Numbered from the stretch's first letter, positions 10,739-19,888 are shown. The stretch: 64,000 nt of DNA from Candidatus Nanoarchaeia archaeon (GCA_028706745.1 JAQTVM010000005.1:5165-69164); one strand, 5' to 3'. The notes: generated from the letters alone by a model not told the origin. A program made the numbers and translations.

Positions 10739-11746
10739 CTAATGCCGGATGGCGGGCTTTCTTTGCTTATTTTCCTTCAATTCAAGGATTATCCCTTCAA
10801 GGAAGGGCTTTAATTCTTTCAAAAATGCCTCAAAATCCTTGCCCAGCGGCTTAAGCATAAGCTTTTCTTCTTCAGAGACAATTGATTCCATGTCGAGGCT
10901 GAAATCCTTTGACAATAAATTATCTGAATATTTCCGGTATTTCAGCATAAACTTGGTTTTATGCAATATCTCTTTTTTCAGCTTAAAAACCTCAATGCCT
11001 TTTTCCTTGGAAAGAATAAACAAATCCACAAAATCCCTTGCTTTAATCCCCCTTCTTGTCAGGATAGCCCTCGCTTTTTCAGCTGCAATCTCTTTTAAAT
11101 CATACACTTTGAGCCTTGGCAGCTTAAGCAGGAAAGAATATTCCGGAAAAAGAAAATTTATTTCCTTCTCATGCCCTTTTTCTATCAATGAAGCGGCAAT
11201 TGCCTCCTTTGGCTTAAATAATATATCCTCCACAAAGCTAATCTGTATTTTTACAAATGTTTCCACGCCCAATATTTCTGAAAAATGCCATAATTTAAAT
11301 GTAACAAACTTATTGCTGCCGCCAAGCTCTATATACTTTCTATTGTGCTTTTCATTTTTAAATTCCAGCCCGCTCTTTTCAGATATCCCTTCAATTGCAT
11401 CTGCAATCTTATCTATCCTGCCTGAAAGAATCCTGCGTATTTCTTTCTCGCTCTTCCCTGAAAATTCTTTTTGGTTCAGGCAAGTGAAATCAAGGTCTTC
11501 AGAAAACCTGTAATATCCCATATAGCATTTAATAAGGCAGGTGCCCCCTTTAAACGCAAAATTATCGCGAAACAAAGACATTGCAGACAGTTCAGCAAGC
11601 AGGGTTTGCAGGATTATATCCTTTTCCAAAAGCTCTTTTCTTTGAATCTTCAATTTATCCGAAAGGTATTCAATAAGCTCTTTTCTTGCCATAAATTTCC
11701 TCCGCCTCTTTTCTTGCAGTGTTTCCATAATGCCTTGCATAAGCAA
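10739..11746 (-). CDS. AbiEii-like nucleotidyltransferase toxin, pair 2. The true start is possibly M20 at 11689.
   Basis: It carries the motif FKGGTCLIKCYMGYYRFSEDLDFTC. The length of 335 aa is typical for the family. Confidence 0.7.
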   Translation of the reverse strand: MLMQGIMETLQEKRRRKFMARKELIEYLSDKLKIQRKELLEKDIILQTLLAELSAMSLFRDNFAFKGGTCLIKCYMGYYRFSEDLDFTCLNQKEFSGKSEKEIRRILSGRIDKIADAIEGISEKSGLEFKNEKHNRKYIELGGSNKFVTFKLWHFSEILGVETFVKIQISFVEDILFKPKEAIAASLIEKGHEKEINFLFPEYSFLLKLPRLKVYDLKEIAAEKARAILTRRGIKARDFVDLFILSKEKGIEVFKLKKEILHKTKFMLKYRKYSDNLLSKDFSLDMESIVSEEEKLMLKPLGKDFEAFLKELKPFLEGIILELKENKQRKPAIRH

Positions 11747-12299
11747 TAATCCTCTTCTTTGAGCATGAGCTTATCAATTCAGAAGGTATAGCCTTAATCC
11801 TGCCTCTTCTCTTCAGGTAAACAAAGTCAAGCAGGGTTTTTTCAGCATCAGAATGCGGAAGCGCGCCTTTCGCGATGCCAAACCCGAGCAGTTCCGGCTT
11901 TAATTTTATGAATGCAATCTTGTGCCCCATGATGCCTATCGGCTTTGCCCTGAATATGGCATTGCTTATTACTGTATCAACAGCAAAATACTCATGGGTG
12001 AGGTTATTAAGTTTCAGCGCAGTTTCAAGCCCGAAATACCAGCCGGTTATGCCCTTGATGCGCAAGGCTTCTTTTATAGCTTCCAAGTGATTTATGTCTG
12101 TCTTTCCAAGCTTTCTTTCCTCAATAGACCTTATATAAAAAATGCCCCGCAGTATTCTGGTCAAATAGCCGTAATAAAGAAGGTATTTTACAGCTCCATT
12201 ATAACTTATTTTAATCTCCCTGCAGAATGCTTCAAGTTCACTTCTTGCAATAAACTTGCTTTTTCTCAGGTGCAATTTTCTCATAAGCAGTTTCATCAT
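11670..12299 (-). CDS. AbiEi-like antitoxin / regulator, pair 2.
   Basis: It lies upstream of AbiEii-2 and overlaps it. Its C-terminal segment (YFGLETALKLNNLT...FIKLK) resembles the AbiEi C-domain. A perfect palindrome sits in its promoter at 12309-12331. Confidence 0.5.
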   Translation of the reverse strand: MMKLLMRKLHLRKSKFIARSELEAFCREIKISYNGAVKYLLYYGYLTRILRGIFYIRSIEERKLGKTDINHLEAIKEALRIKGITGWYFGLETALKLNNLTHEYFAVDTVISNAIFRAKPIGIMGHKIAFIKLKPELLGFGIAKGALPHSDAEKTLLDFVYLKRRGRIKAIPSELISSCSKKRIIAYARHYGNTARKEAEEIYGKKRAY

Positions 12300-12308
12300 T
12301 TATATCAC

Positions 12309-12331
12309 AATATCCTACTTATTAGGATATT
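12309..12331. promoter_or_regulatory. Perfect 9-bp-arm palindrome AATATCCTA-cttat-TAGGATATT in the AbiEi-2 promoter region (candidate operator).
   Basis: The palindrome is visible in the sequence. AbiEi proteins are known to autoregulate through inverted repeats. Confidence 0.5.
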
Positions 12332-12413
12332 ATGATACTTATAAGCTTAACGGTTTCAGGGCGGTTATCCCCTTGTTATCAGGCAGTTATTCCCTGACTG
12401 CCTTTGCTTTAAA

Positions 12414-13154
12414 TCACTGCATAAATAATTTCTGAAAATTCGAAAAAAGCATATTCTCCATTTCTTCCGCAGAAACGCCCTTTATTGAGGCAATAACAGC
12501 CGCTGTCTGCTTTACAGAAGCAGGCTCGTTCCTCTCTCCCTTTACAGCAGACAAAAAAGGCGCATCTGTTTCAGTAAGAAGATGCGATGAGCTTATTGTT
12601 TTCACAAGCTCCCTGAACTGCGATGAATAAGAAACAATGGCGGGTATTGAAAAGAAATACCCCTCTTTTTCCATCTGCTTTGCAAGAGATAATTTTCCGC
12701 TGAAGCAGTGCACAACAACCTTCCTTGCATTCATTTCTTTCAAGACATCAAAAACCTCTTTCTCTGCCCCGCGCGAATGAACAATAAGGGGAATCTTCAA
12801 GTCCTTTGCCAATGAAACCATCTGCTTAAAAACTTCCTTCTGCTTTTCCATGTCAGGATAAGTCGCATCCAAGCCAACCTCTGAAACAGCAAACGGCTTT
12901 TGCTTGCGGATGAACTCAATCTCCTGTTTCACAGCTTCCTCCCCCATCTGCGCTGCAAATTCAGGATAGATTCCCAATGCCGCCTTCACAGCAGGATATT
13001 TTTTTGAAATCTCAAGCGCTTTTGCATTAGTCACGTTGTTAAGCCCTGCTGTTACAATGGAAACAACGCCTGCTTTTTCAGCCCTTTCAATAACAGAATC
13101 CAAATCCTTTTCAAAGTCAGGAAAGTCAAGATGGCAGTGAATGTCGGCTAGCAT
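12414..13154 (-). CDS. tatD: TatD-family metal-dependent hydrolase / DNase.
   Basis: It begins MLADIHCHLDFPDF with the HxH motif, and VHSRGA / VVHCFSG segments are present. The track ORF extends upstream, but the likely start is M77 at 13154. Confidence 0.8.
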   Translation of the reverse strand: MLADIHCHLDFPDFEKDLDSVIERAEKAGVVSIVTAGLNNVTNAKALEISKKYPAVKAALGIYPEFAAQMGEEAVKQEIEFIRKQKPFAVSEVGLDATYPDMEKQKEVFKQMVSLAKDLKIPLIVHSRGAEKEVFDVLKEMNARKVVVHCFSGKLSLAKQMEKEGYFFSIPAIVSYSSQFRELVKTISSSHLLTETDAPFLSAVKGERNEPASVKQTAAVIASIKGVSAEEMENMLFSNFQKLFMQ

Positions 13155-13229
13155 GGAAATCTTGAATGTCTTTTGCCTTTTAACCTTTGCCCATAAGATA
13201 TATAAATCACATCCAAGCACAATACATCC

Positions 13230-13916
13230 ATGGACGTCACGATAATTGCGCAGGAATTCAAGTGGGAGAAGAACTGCGGCTCTTTGGCAAGGGTAATGGC
13301 AAACTTCGGCTTTGAAAAGCTTGTTTTCCTTAATCCTAAATGCGGCTTCAGGGGAAAAGAAGCTGTAATGCACGCAAAGCACGCAAAAGCGATTCTTGAA
13401 AAGGCAAAAACATTGAAATCATTCAGCGGCGCCCTGAAGAAATACGATACAGTGATAGCTACAACAGCAATGCTCGGCACTGACTACAACATTGCAAGAA
13501 GCCCGATATCTCCTGACAAGCTCAGCGGCAAAATAAAGGGGAAGACGGCAATAATAATCGGAAGGGAAGGGGAGGGAATGTCAAACGAGGAAATCCAGAA
13601 GTGCGACTTTGTTGTCACAATACCTTCATCCAAAAAATACCCCACATTGAATGTCAGCCACGCGGCCGCAGTCATATTGTACGAGCTTTCAAAGCATTCA
13701 AGAAAGGAAAAACTGCCTTCATTTCCCCTGGCAACAAGAAAGGAAAAGGAAGTTTTGATGAAACTGCTGGACAAGGCGTTAAGCAGGATGGAATTCTCAA
13801 CAGAAGAGAAAAAGCAAACCCAAAGATTGATATGGCGCAGGATGCTGGGAAAGGCAATGCTTACAAGAAGAGAGGCTTATGCATTGTGCGGATTCTTGAA
13901 GAAGATAAAGCAGTAA
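13230..13916 (+). CDS. SPOUT-family RNA 2'-O-methyltransferase (TrmH/TrmJ-like).
   Basis: It carries the SpoU motifs GSLARVMANFGF, AIIIGREGEGMSNEE and VSHAAAVILYEL. Confidence 0.7.
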   Translation: MDVTIIAQEFKWEKNCGSLARVMANFGFEKLVFLNPKCGFRGKEAVMHAKHAKAILEKAKTLKSFSGALKKYDTVIATTAMLGTDYNIARSPISPDKLSGKIKGKTAIIIGREGEGMSNEEIQKCDFVVTIPSSKKYPTLNVSHAAAVILYELSKHSRKEKLPSFPLATRKEKEVLMKLLDKALSRMEFSTEEKKQTQRLIWRRMLGKAMLTRREAYALCGFLKKIKQ

Positions 13917-13963
13917 GCAGTTTCATCAAAACCTATATAAGCCACCATTCTATTTCTCCTTCC

Positions 13964-15133
13964 ATGAAGTTCGCGCACATTGCAGACTGCCACATTGGAG
14001 GGTGGGCTGAACCAAAGATGAAGCAGCTCACGATGGATGCCTTCAGCAGGGCGATAGACACCTGCATTTCCGAGAAAGTTGATTTTGTCCTGATTGCAGG
14101 CGACTTATTTAACACTGCAATACCCCAGATTGAATTAATCAGGGACACTGTTTCCGCCTTGAAAAAGCTGAAGGACAACTCAATCAAATGCTATACAATA
14201 GCGGGCTCGCACGACTTCTCGCCTTCAGGCAAGACAATGCTTGAGGTTTTGGAAAAGGCAGGGCTTACTCACGACGTGTTCAGGGTTGAAAATAACAAAT
14301 TAATGTTCACAATGCACGGGAATGCAAAGATTGCAGGAATGCTGGGAAGAAAGGGGGGTTTGGAAAAAGAGGATTACAGGGAAATAGAGACAAGCCATCT
14401 GGGAAAGGAAATGGGATACAAGATATTCATGTTTCATTCTGCGCTGGATGAATTAAAGCCTGCCGGAATGGAAGAAATGGATTCAATGCCCTGCTCAATG
14501 CTTCCTGACGGCTTTGACTATTATGCAGGCGGGCACGTGCACGCTTTATTGGAGAAAAAGCACGGCAGCGGCGTAATAACATTCCCAAGCGCGCTTTTCC
14601 CGAACAACTTCAAGGAGCTTGAAGAGCAGGGGCACGGCGGATTTTTCATTGTGGATGAAAACGGATATAAGAGAGTTGAAATAAATATGAAAGACGTTGC
14701 CGCATTGCGCTTTGACGCCGGCAAGAAAACAGCAATGCAATTGCAGGACGAGATTATGGAAAAAGTTTCTGCATTGGATGCAAATGACAAGATAGTGCTT
14801 TTGAGGCTGAACGGAGCACTGGCTTCAGGAAAGCCGTCTGACATTAATTTCAAGGGAATTTTTGAAAAATTGGGAAATGCTTATTTTGTGATGAAGAACA
14901 CCTCGGGGCTTTCAAGCATTGAGATGAAAGAGCCGGCTGCAGAGGCAAAAAAGGACGCTGAAGACATAATAAAGGAGCAGAGAAGCGAGAGCCCATTGTT
15001 TGAGAAAGAAGAGGAGGCAGTGAGGGCTTTATTGTCAGCGCTGAACATAGAGAAGGCAGAAGGAGAGAAAGCGGCTGACTTTGAGAGAAGGGTTGTTGCA
15101 GAAGCGTCTTCTGCGCTGGGAATTCCTTTGTAA
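13964..15133 (+). CDS. mre11: DNA double-strand-break repair nuclease Mre11.
   Basis: It begins MKFAHIADCHIGGW (phosphoesterase motif I). The GDLF and GSHD motifs are present. The start was reassigned to the M at 13964 inside the longer track ORF. Confidence 0.85.
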   Translation: MKFAHIADCHIGGWAEPKMKQLTMDAFSRAIDTCISEKVDFVLIAGDLFNTAIPQIELIRDTVSALKKLKDNSIKCYTIAGSHDFSPSGKTMLEVLEKAGLTHDVFRVENNKLMFTMHGNAKIAGMLGRKGGLEKEDYREIETSHLGKEMGYKIFMFHSALDELKPAGMEEMDSMPCSMLPDGFDYYAGGHVHALLEKKHGSGVITFPSALFPNNFKELEEQGHGGFFIVDENGYKRVEINMKDVAALRFDAGKKTAMQLQDEIMEKVSALDANDKIVLLRLNGALASGKPSDINFKGIFEKLGNAYFVMKNTSGLSSIEMKEPAAEAKKDAEDIIKEQRSESPLFEKEEEAVRALLSALNIEKAEGEKAADFERRVVAEASSALGIPL

Positions 15134-15134
15134 T
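15113..15134. repeat. 22-bp direct repeat GCGCT(G/A)GGAATTCCTTTGTAAT, copy A (the 3' end of mre11).
   Basis: It matches 16232-16253 at 21 of 22 positions. It encodes the ...LGIPL-stop end of Mre11. Confidence 0.8.
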
Positions 15135-16030
15135 TAAATGTCCAACTTCCCGATTAAAGCAAGCGCTTCTTTGCCGAATTTTGAGAACGCAAACCACTTT
15201 TTCCCCAAATCCTTTAATGAGGCGCCAAGGTGGTATACCTGATGGCTGTCAATTATAATAAACCTGTCGTGGGACTGCCTGAACTCTCTTGCTTCAACAA
15301 AAGGATACTGGGAATTGTGCTTTTCAAGGTCAAGCATTAATTGCTTTGAAATGGATTTTGTCAGGATTACAGCGCGCACATTGTTATTCCTCTTGCTTAG
15401 AAGTGTCAAAACAGAGTCATCCACGTAATTATCAATAAGCGCTATGGACTTTTTAGCAGACCTTATTATGTCCGAAACAAAACTGTATGCGTCAAACACC
15501 TGCCCTTCAAAGAATATTCCTTTTTCAGGCTTTATGTCCTTGCTTTGGATTGCGTCAAATACTTCCTCAAATTTTTTGTCATGCTCAATCTGCTTCTTTT
15601 CAACATTATCCAATCTTTGAAATACTAAGGCATTCGCAGAGATAAACCGCCTCATTGCGACAAATGCTCTCATTACTTGGATATTCATTTCAATTGCCTG
15701 TTTGGTTTTTAAGATACTGGCTAAATTTGCAACACCTTGTTCAGTGAAAGCATAAGGCAATGCACCCCCTAAATGCTTTTTTGATGGTATCACATTTTGT
15801 GATACCATTGCCGCAGCCTCTTCTTCAGTCAATACAAACATAAAATCAGGAGGGAATCGTTTTATATTCCTATTAACCGCCTGTTTTAATGCTCTTGTTT
15901 CAATAACGTAAAGTTCAGCTAAATCCTTATCAAGCATTACCTGCATGCCCCTTATTGTATGAATCCTGCTCCTAATGTTCTCTATACTCAATGTTAGGGA
16001 ATTATCTTCTCTTTTTTGCATTTTAAGCAT
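15134..16030 (-). CDS. ORF6N-domain (phage antirepressor/KilA-like DNA-binding) protein, RhuM-like.
   Basis: The N-terminus reads IRGMQVMLDKDLAELYVIETRALKQAVNRNIKRFPPDFMFVLTEEE, a typical ORF6N domain. The unit is bracketed by a 22-bp direct repeat. Confidence 0.6.
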   Translation of the reverse strand: MLKMQKREDNSLTLSIENIRSRIHTIRGMQVMLDKDLAELYVIETRALKQAVNRNIKRFPPDFMFVLTEEEAAAMVSQNVIPSKKHLGGALPYAFTEQGVANLASILKTKQAIEMNIQVMRAFVAMRRFISANALVFQRLDNVEKKQIEHDKKFEEVFDAIQSKDIKPEKGIFFEGQVFDAYSFVSDIIRSAKKSIALIDNYVDDSVLTLLSKRNNNVRAVILTKSISKQLMLDLEKHNSQYPFVEAREFRQSHDRFIIIDSHQVYHLGASLKDLGKKWFAFSKFGKEALALIGKLDI

Positions 16031-16231
16031 AACTGTCCCTGCATTTGCTTCCCGTTAATAAACTCTTTGGGAAAAAATCCGCAAGATTTCCGGCAGGTGT
16101 TGGAAAACCAAATGAATCTGCCGAAAAAATCAAAGGAAAAAACATAAAATACAGCATAATTTTCAGCATATTTGAAAGGCGGTTTAAACTTTCCGTCGTC
16201 AAATCTATGCTGATATTTTTCCAAATCCGGG

Positions 16232-16253
16232 GCGCTAGGAATTCCTTTGTAAT
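16232..16253. repeat. 22-bp direct repeat, copy B. On the opposite strand it encodes the C-terminus (QRNS-stop) of the Cys-rich protein.
   Basis: See copy A. The two copies bracket the ORF6N gene 1119 bp apart. Confidence 0.8.
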
Positions 16254-17203
16254 CTTCTCAGGCAGTCTGCCTTTGAATAAGTGAATCCGGCGCAGTCAAA
16301 GCATCCGTAGCCTGCGTAATATGCCCTGTTCCCGCAATTGCAGGTTTCTGAAATCTCAAGGAACTCATCTTCCACAATCCATTTTCCGTTTGTTGATTCG
16401 CAGAAATATCTTGCATCCCTTGCGCAGCCTGCATAGACATCTTTCAGTTCTTCCAGCGGGTCTGTGACAAGAACCTGCCTGCAGCCCTTTGTTGATTCGC
16501 AGTTTTCCCTGCCGATAATGCTGCAGTCAACATTGTTTTCTGAATTTAGCGCAAGCTCAACCCTGAGCAGGCAGTCCGCCTTCTCGGGCTCCAAAGACAT
16601 CTGGCTGCATATGTCAATGCTCTTCAAGGCAACTGCAATCTGCTTCAGGCACAAGTCAACATCGATTTTCCTCACAATCTCGTTTGCGCAAATCTGCCAG
16701 TCTCTTGCCTTCAGGGCAAAATGCATTATGCACTTGTCAAACGCAGACTCTGACTCGATTCCCGAGCACAAGGACTTGTCGCCTGACTTGAATGCAATCT
16801 GCTGTATGCAGCTGTCCCTGATTCCCTCGTCAATTATTTCGTCGCAGTGAGAGATGTCATTGTACTTCAAAGCCAGGTCGCTGCTGATTGAGTCAAACAC
16901 AAGAATCTCGCACTGCTTTTTTAAATCAGGGGTGAGAAGAGCGCAGATTGAGATGTCCCTTTTTGAAACCGCTTCTGTGAATTTCGGCGCAACAATCGAT
17001 GATGTAAGGGGTATGCAGCAGGACATTTCCCCGCAGGAGCCTATCCGCCTTTCTCCGAGCGAGCAGTCAATCTTGCACGTGCCTCCGAGCTTTGCGCAGC
17101 TTCCCAGCTTTTCAGCAGGCGTCACGTAAAGAAGGATATAGCCCGCTACTATGAATATGGTTGCGGCTACAAGCAATGCAAGGCTTTTCTTCCGGTGATG
17201 CAT
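16235..17203 (-). CDS. Secreted or membrane-anchored Cys-rich protein. It has an N-terminal 6-Cys defensin-like module followed by periodic two-Cys repeats.
   Basis: It has an N-terminal hydrophobic segment, then SCAKLGGTCKIDCSLGERRIGSCGEMSCC (C-x6-C-x3-C-x9-C-x4-CC), then regularly spaced Cys. Confidence 0.5.
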   Translation of the reverse strand: MHHRKKSLALLVAATIFIVAGYILLYVTPAEKLGSCAKLGGTCKIDCSLGERRIGSCGEMSCCIPLTSSIVAPKFTEAVSKRDISICALLTPDLKKQCEILVFDSISSDLALKYNDISHCDEIIDEGIRDSCIQQIAFKSGDKSLCSGIESESAFDKCIMHFALKARDWQICANEIVRKIDVDLCLKQIAVALKSIDICSQMSLEPEKADCLLRVELALNSENNVDCSIIGRENCESTKGCRQVLVTDPLEELKDVYAGCARDARYFCESTNGKWIVEDEFLEISETCNCGNRAYYAGYGCFDCAGFTYSKADCLRRLQRNS

Positions 17204-17347
17204 GGATTATAAATGGGGTTTTGGCTTTTTTAATGTTTGCACGTGGCTGGTGGCAGGCAGTGGCTAAGGACTCCAGACTGCTGACTAAGAACTAAAAACT
17301 AATAACAACAAAAAGATTTATATGCTCTGAATAGATATGGCAAATAT

Positions 17348-19402
17348 ATGCAGGTAAAAAAGGTGGTTTTGGACAATATAAGGAGCTATACGCACAGCGA
17401 GATGAATTTTCCGGAGGGAAGCATGCTTCTCTCAGGCAACATAGGGAGCGGGAAGTCAACAGTATTAATGGCAATCGAGTTTGCGCTTTTCGGATTAAGA
17501 AGAAGCGAGCTTTCAGGCGCATCACTGCTGAGAAACGGCGCTGACAAGGGTTATGTCGAGGTCTTGCTTGGCATCGGGGGAAAAGATGTAAGAATAGGAA
17601 GGAGCCTCAAAAGAACTTCATCAGGGGTTTCGCAGGAAGCCGGGTTTATTGAGGAGAACGGGGCAAGAAAGGCGCTTACTGCAATTGAAATAAAGCAGAG
17701 GGTTCTTGAACTGCTGAATTATCCCAAAGAAGCCCTTACAAAAAACGAGATGCTTTACAGGTACACTGTGTATGTTTCGCAGGAGGAAATGAAGCAGATT
17801 CTTTTGGGAGACAAGGAGGCAAGGCTGAACGCATTAAGGCACGTGTTCGGCATTGACAAGTACAGGAAAATAAAGGAAAATGCAAAAATTGTATCCTCAA
17901 AAGCAGGCGAAAGGAAAAAAGAGCTTATTGGATGCACTTCTGATTTGGATGCAAAAAAGAACCTGCGGACTTCAAGGGCGATTGAGCTTGATTCTGTTTT
18001 AAAAGAGCTTAATGAGGCAGAGCCAAAGGCAAAAGAGGCTGCAATAAAGGCTGAGGAAGCAAGGCTGCTTATTGAAGCGCTTGAGCAGGACATTAAAAAG
18101 TCGGCTGAAATGAGAAAGGAGCTTTCTTTTTGCGAGCAGAAGGCGAGACTGTATGAAATCCAGAAGGCAAACGAGGAAAAAGAGCTGAAACGGCTTGAAG
18201 AGAAGATAAGGCTGAACAGCCCTGAGAAAGTTTCAGGCAAGGATTTCGCAAAGGAGCGCCTGGAGAGAAGGGAAAAAATAAAGCAGATTGAGGCTGAGAT
18301 AAATTCTGTATCCGCGAAAATCCACGAGCTTAACGCAAGAAAAAAAGCGTGCGAAGAGCTGAAAAGGAAGATTTCAATGCTTGACAAGTGCCCGACCTGC
18401 ATGCAGGACGTGAAAGAAGAGCATAAGCAGGGCATTCATTCGGCAGAAGATGCGAAATTGGCTGAAATTGAAAAGGAGTTTGCCCTGCATTCCGGAAGCG
18501 AAAAGGCATTGAGAGAGGCTGTTTCAAAGATAAATAACGAGCTTGACTTGATATATGATGAAGAGAAAAAGGAACTGCTTGCAAAAGCGCAGCTGAAAGA
18601 GGCAGAGGAGGCAATGAGATTAAAATCCTCTGTTGAGGAAAGGCTGAAAAAGGCGGGAGAGGAGCTTTTGGCTGCAAACATGAAAAAAGAAGCCCTTGCC
18701 AAGGGGCTTGCAGCGTATGCTGAGCTTGAAAAAAAGCAGATGGATGCAAAAAAATCCCTTGAGGTTTCCGGCAGCGCGCTAAGGCAGATTGAATTGAAAA
18801 AAGCTCAGCTTGAGGCAAGAAAAGAAATGACATTGAAATCAATTGAAGAGATTACGGCAGATATAAAGGAAAAAGAGGAGCTGAAGAAAGGGCTTAAGAA
18901 GGTTTCAATGCTGAAGGAATGGCTTGATTATTATTTCATGCAGATTGCGGAAGACATGGAAAAGACAGTCATGGCAAAGGCGCATTCTGAGTTTGACTCA
19001 TTGCTTTCAAAATGGTTCTCAATGCTTGTTGACAATGAGTCAGTGGCAATAAGGCTTGACACTGAGTTTACTCCTGTGATTGAGCAGAACGGGTATGAGA
19101 TTGATTACGGTTACCTTTCAGGCGGGGAAAAAACAGCCGCCGCCCTGGCTTACAGGCTTGCATTGAACCAGGTTGTAAACAACATGATGGGCGAGATACA
19201 GACAAAGGACATAATCATATTAGACGAGCCGACTGACGGATTTTCAGAAGAACAGCTTGAAAAGATGAAAAACGTGCTGGATGAATTAAGCATCGGGCAG
19301 GTGATTATAGTGAGCCACGAGCAGAAGATAGAAAGCTTTGTGAGCAATGTAATCAGGTTTGAGAAGTCAGGGCACGAGAGCAGCGTAGTTGGTAGTAAGT
19401 AG
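17348..19402 (+). CDS. rad50: Rad50 ATPase with short coiled coils and a CPTC zinc hook.
   Basis: It carries Walker A GNIGSGKST, the signature LSGGEKT, the D-loop ILDEPTD and the hook motif LDKCPTCMQ. Confidence 0.85.
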   Translation: MQVKKVVLDNIRSYTHSEMNFPEGSMLLSGNIGSGKSTVLMAIEFALFGLRRSELSGASLLRNGADKGYVEVLLGIGGKDVRIGRSLKRTSSGVSQEAGFIEENGARKALTAIEIKQRVLELLNYPKEALTKNEMLYRYTVYVSQEEMKQILLGDKEARLNALRHVFGIDKYRKIKENAKIVSSKAGERKKELIGCTSDLDAKKNLRTSRAIELDSVLKELNEAEPKAKEAAIKAEEARLLIEALEQDIKKSAEMRKELSFCEQKARLYEIQKANEEKELKRLEEKIRLNSPEKVSGKDFAKERLERREKIKQIEAEINSVSAKIHELNARKKACEELKRKISMLDKCPTCMQDVKEEHKQGIHSAEDAKLAEIEKEFALHSGSEKALREAVSKINNELDLIYDEEKKELLAKAQLKEAEEAMRLKSSVEERLKKAGEELLAANMKKEALAKGLAAYAELEKKQMDAKKSLEVSGSALRQIELKKAQLEARKEMTLKSIEEITADIKEKEELKKGLKKVSMLKEWLDYYFMQIAEDMEKTVMAKAHSEFDSLLSKWFSMLVDNESVAIRLDTEFTPVIEQNGYEIDYGYLSGGEKTAAALAYRLALNQVVNNMMGEIQTKDIIILDEPTDGFSEEQLEKMKNVLDELSIGQVIIVSHEQKIESFVSNVIRFEKSGHESSVVGSK

Positions 19403-19433
19403 TCTGTAGTAAGCAGTCGGTCGTTTGTGACCA
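19385..19433 (+). repeat. Tandem 7-bp repeat array (GTAGTnn, about 7 copies). It overlaps the rad50 stop.
   Basis: The sequence reads cgtagtt ggtagta agtagtc tgtagta agcagtc ggtcgtt. Confidence 0.7.
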
Positions 19434-19522
19434 AAAATAATTTTCGGTTTTTATGGAAGATTTGCGGAAAATTATGGGAAACGCATTTAAACCATAAAAA
19501 TAAGCAAGCATAGAGCCTAAAA

Positions 19523-19888
19523 ATGCCGCAAGATCATACACAATTAGAGATATACAACAGGGCTTATGCCTTTGCTTTGGATGTATATAAAATAACATAC
19601 TTATTTCCCAAAGAAGAAACATTCGGCATTACAAGCCAGTTAAGGCGCGCCGCCTCTTCTATCGGGGCGAATATTTCAGAAGGATGCGGAAGGCGAACTG
19701 ATAAGGATTTTATCCATTTCCTGCATATTTCCATGGGTTCTATAAAAGAATGCGTGCATTTTCTTAATTTGAGCAAAGACTTGGGTTATATAGATAATAA
19801 TTCTTTCGCTTTGCTAAATGAAGAATTAGAAGCAATAGGAAAAATGCTTACTAGATTCACACAAAAAATAACAGCCATAAACTATTAA
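19523..19888 (+). CDS. Four-helix-bundle protein (23S rRNA intervening-sequence protein family, Avd-like).
   Basis: The segment QLRRAASSIGANISEG with LEIYNRAYAFALDVYKIT is typical of the TIGR02436/PF05635 family. Confidence 0.6.
   Translation: MPQDHTQLEIYNRAYAFALDVYKITYLFPKEETFGITSQLRRAASSIGANISEGCGRRTDKDFIHFLHISMGSIKECVHFLNLSKDLGYIDNNSFALLNEELEAIGKMLTRFTQKITAINY

Noticed and set aside
10749-11513. A 254-aa plus-strand ORF lies inside the AbiEii-2 gene. Similar long antisense ORFs lie inside rad50 (17755-18842), iscS (25542-26348) and the M64 genes.
   Set aside because: They are mirror-frame ORFs opposite well-supported genes. Their translations are Ser/Leu/Phe-rich and low in information.
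17221-17300. GTGGC 8-bp repeats and ACTAA heptamers upstream of rad50, considered as a possible separate element.
   Set aside because: Only 3 copies of each are present and the periodicity is weak. They are noted as possibly related to the GTAGT arrays but there is not enough to call a feature.
19523-19888. Calling this locus a complete diversity-generating retroelement on the basis of the Avd-like protein.
   Set aside because: No reverse transcriptase ORF and no template/variable repeat pair with A-specific mismatches was found in the window. Only the accessory-protein homolog and the heptamer arrays are present.
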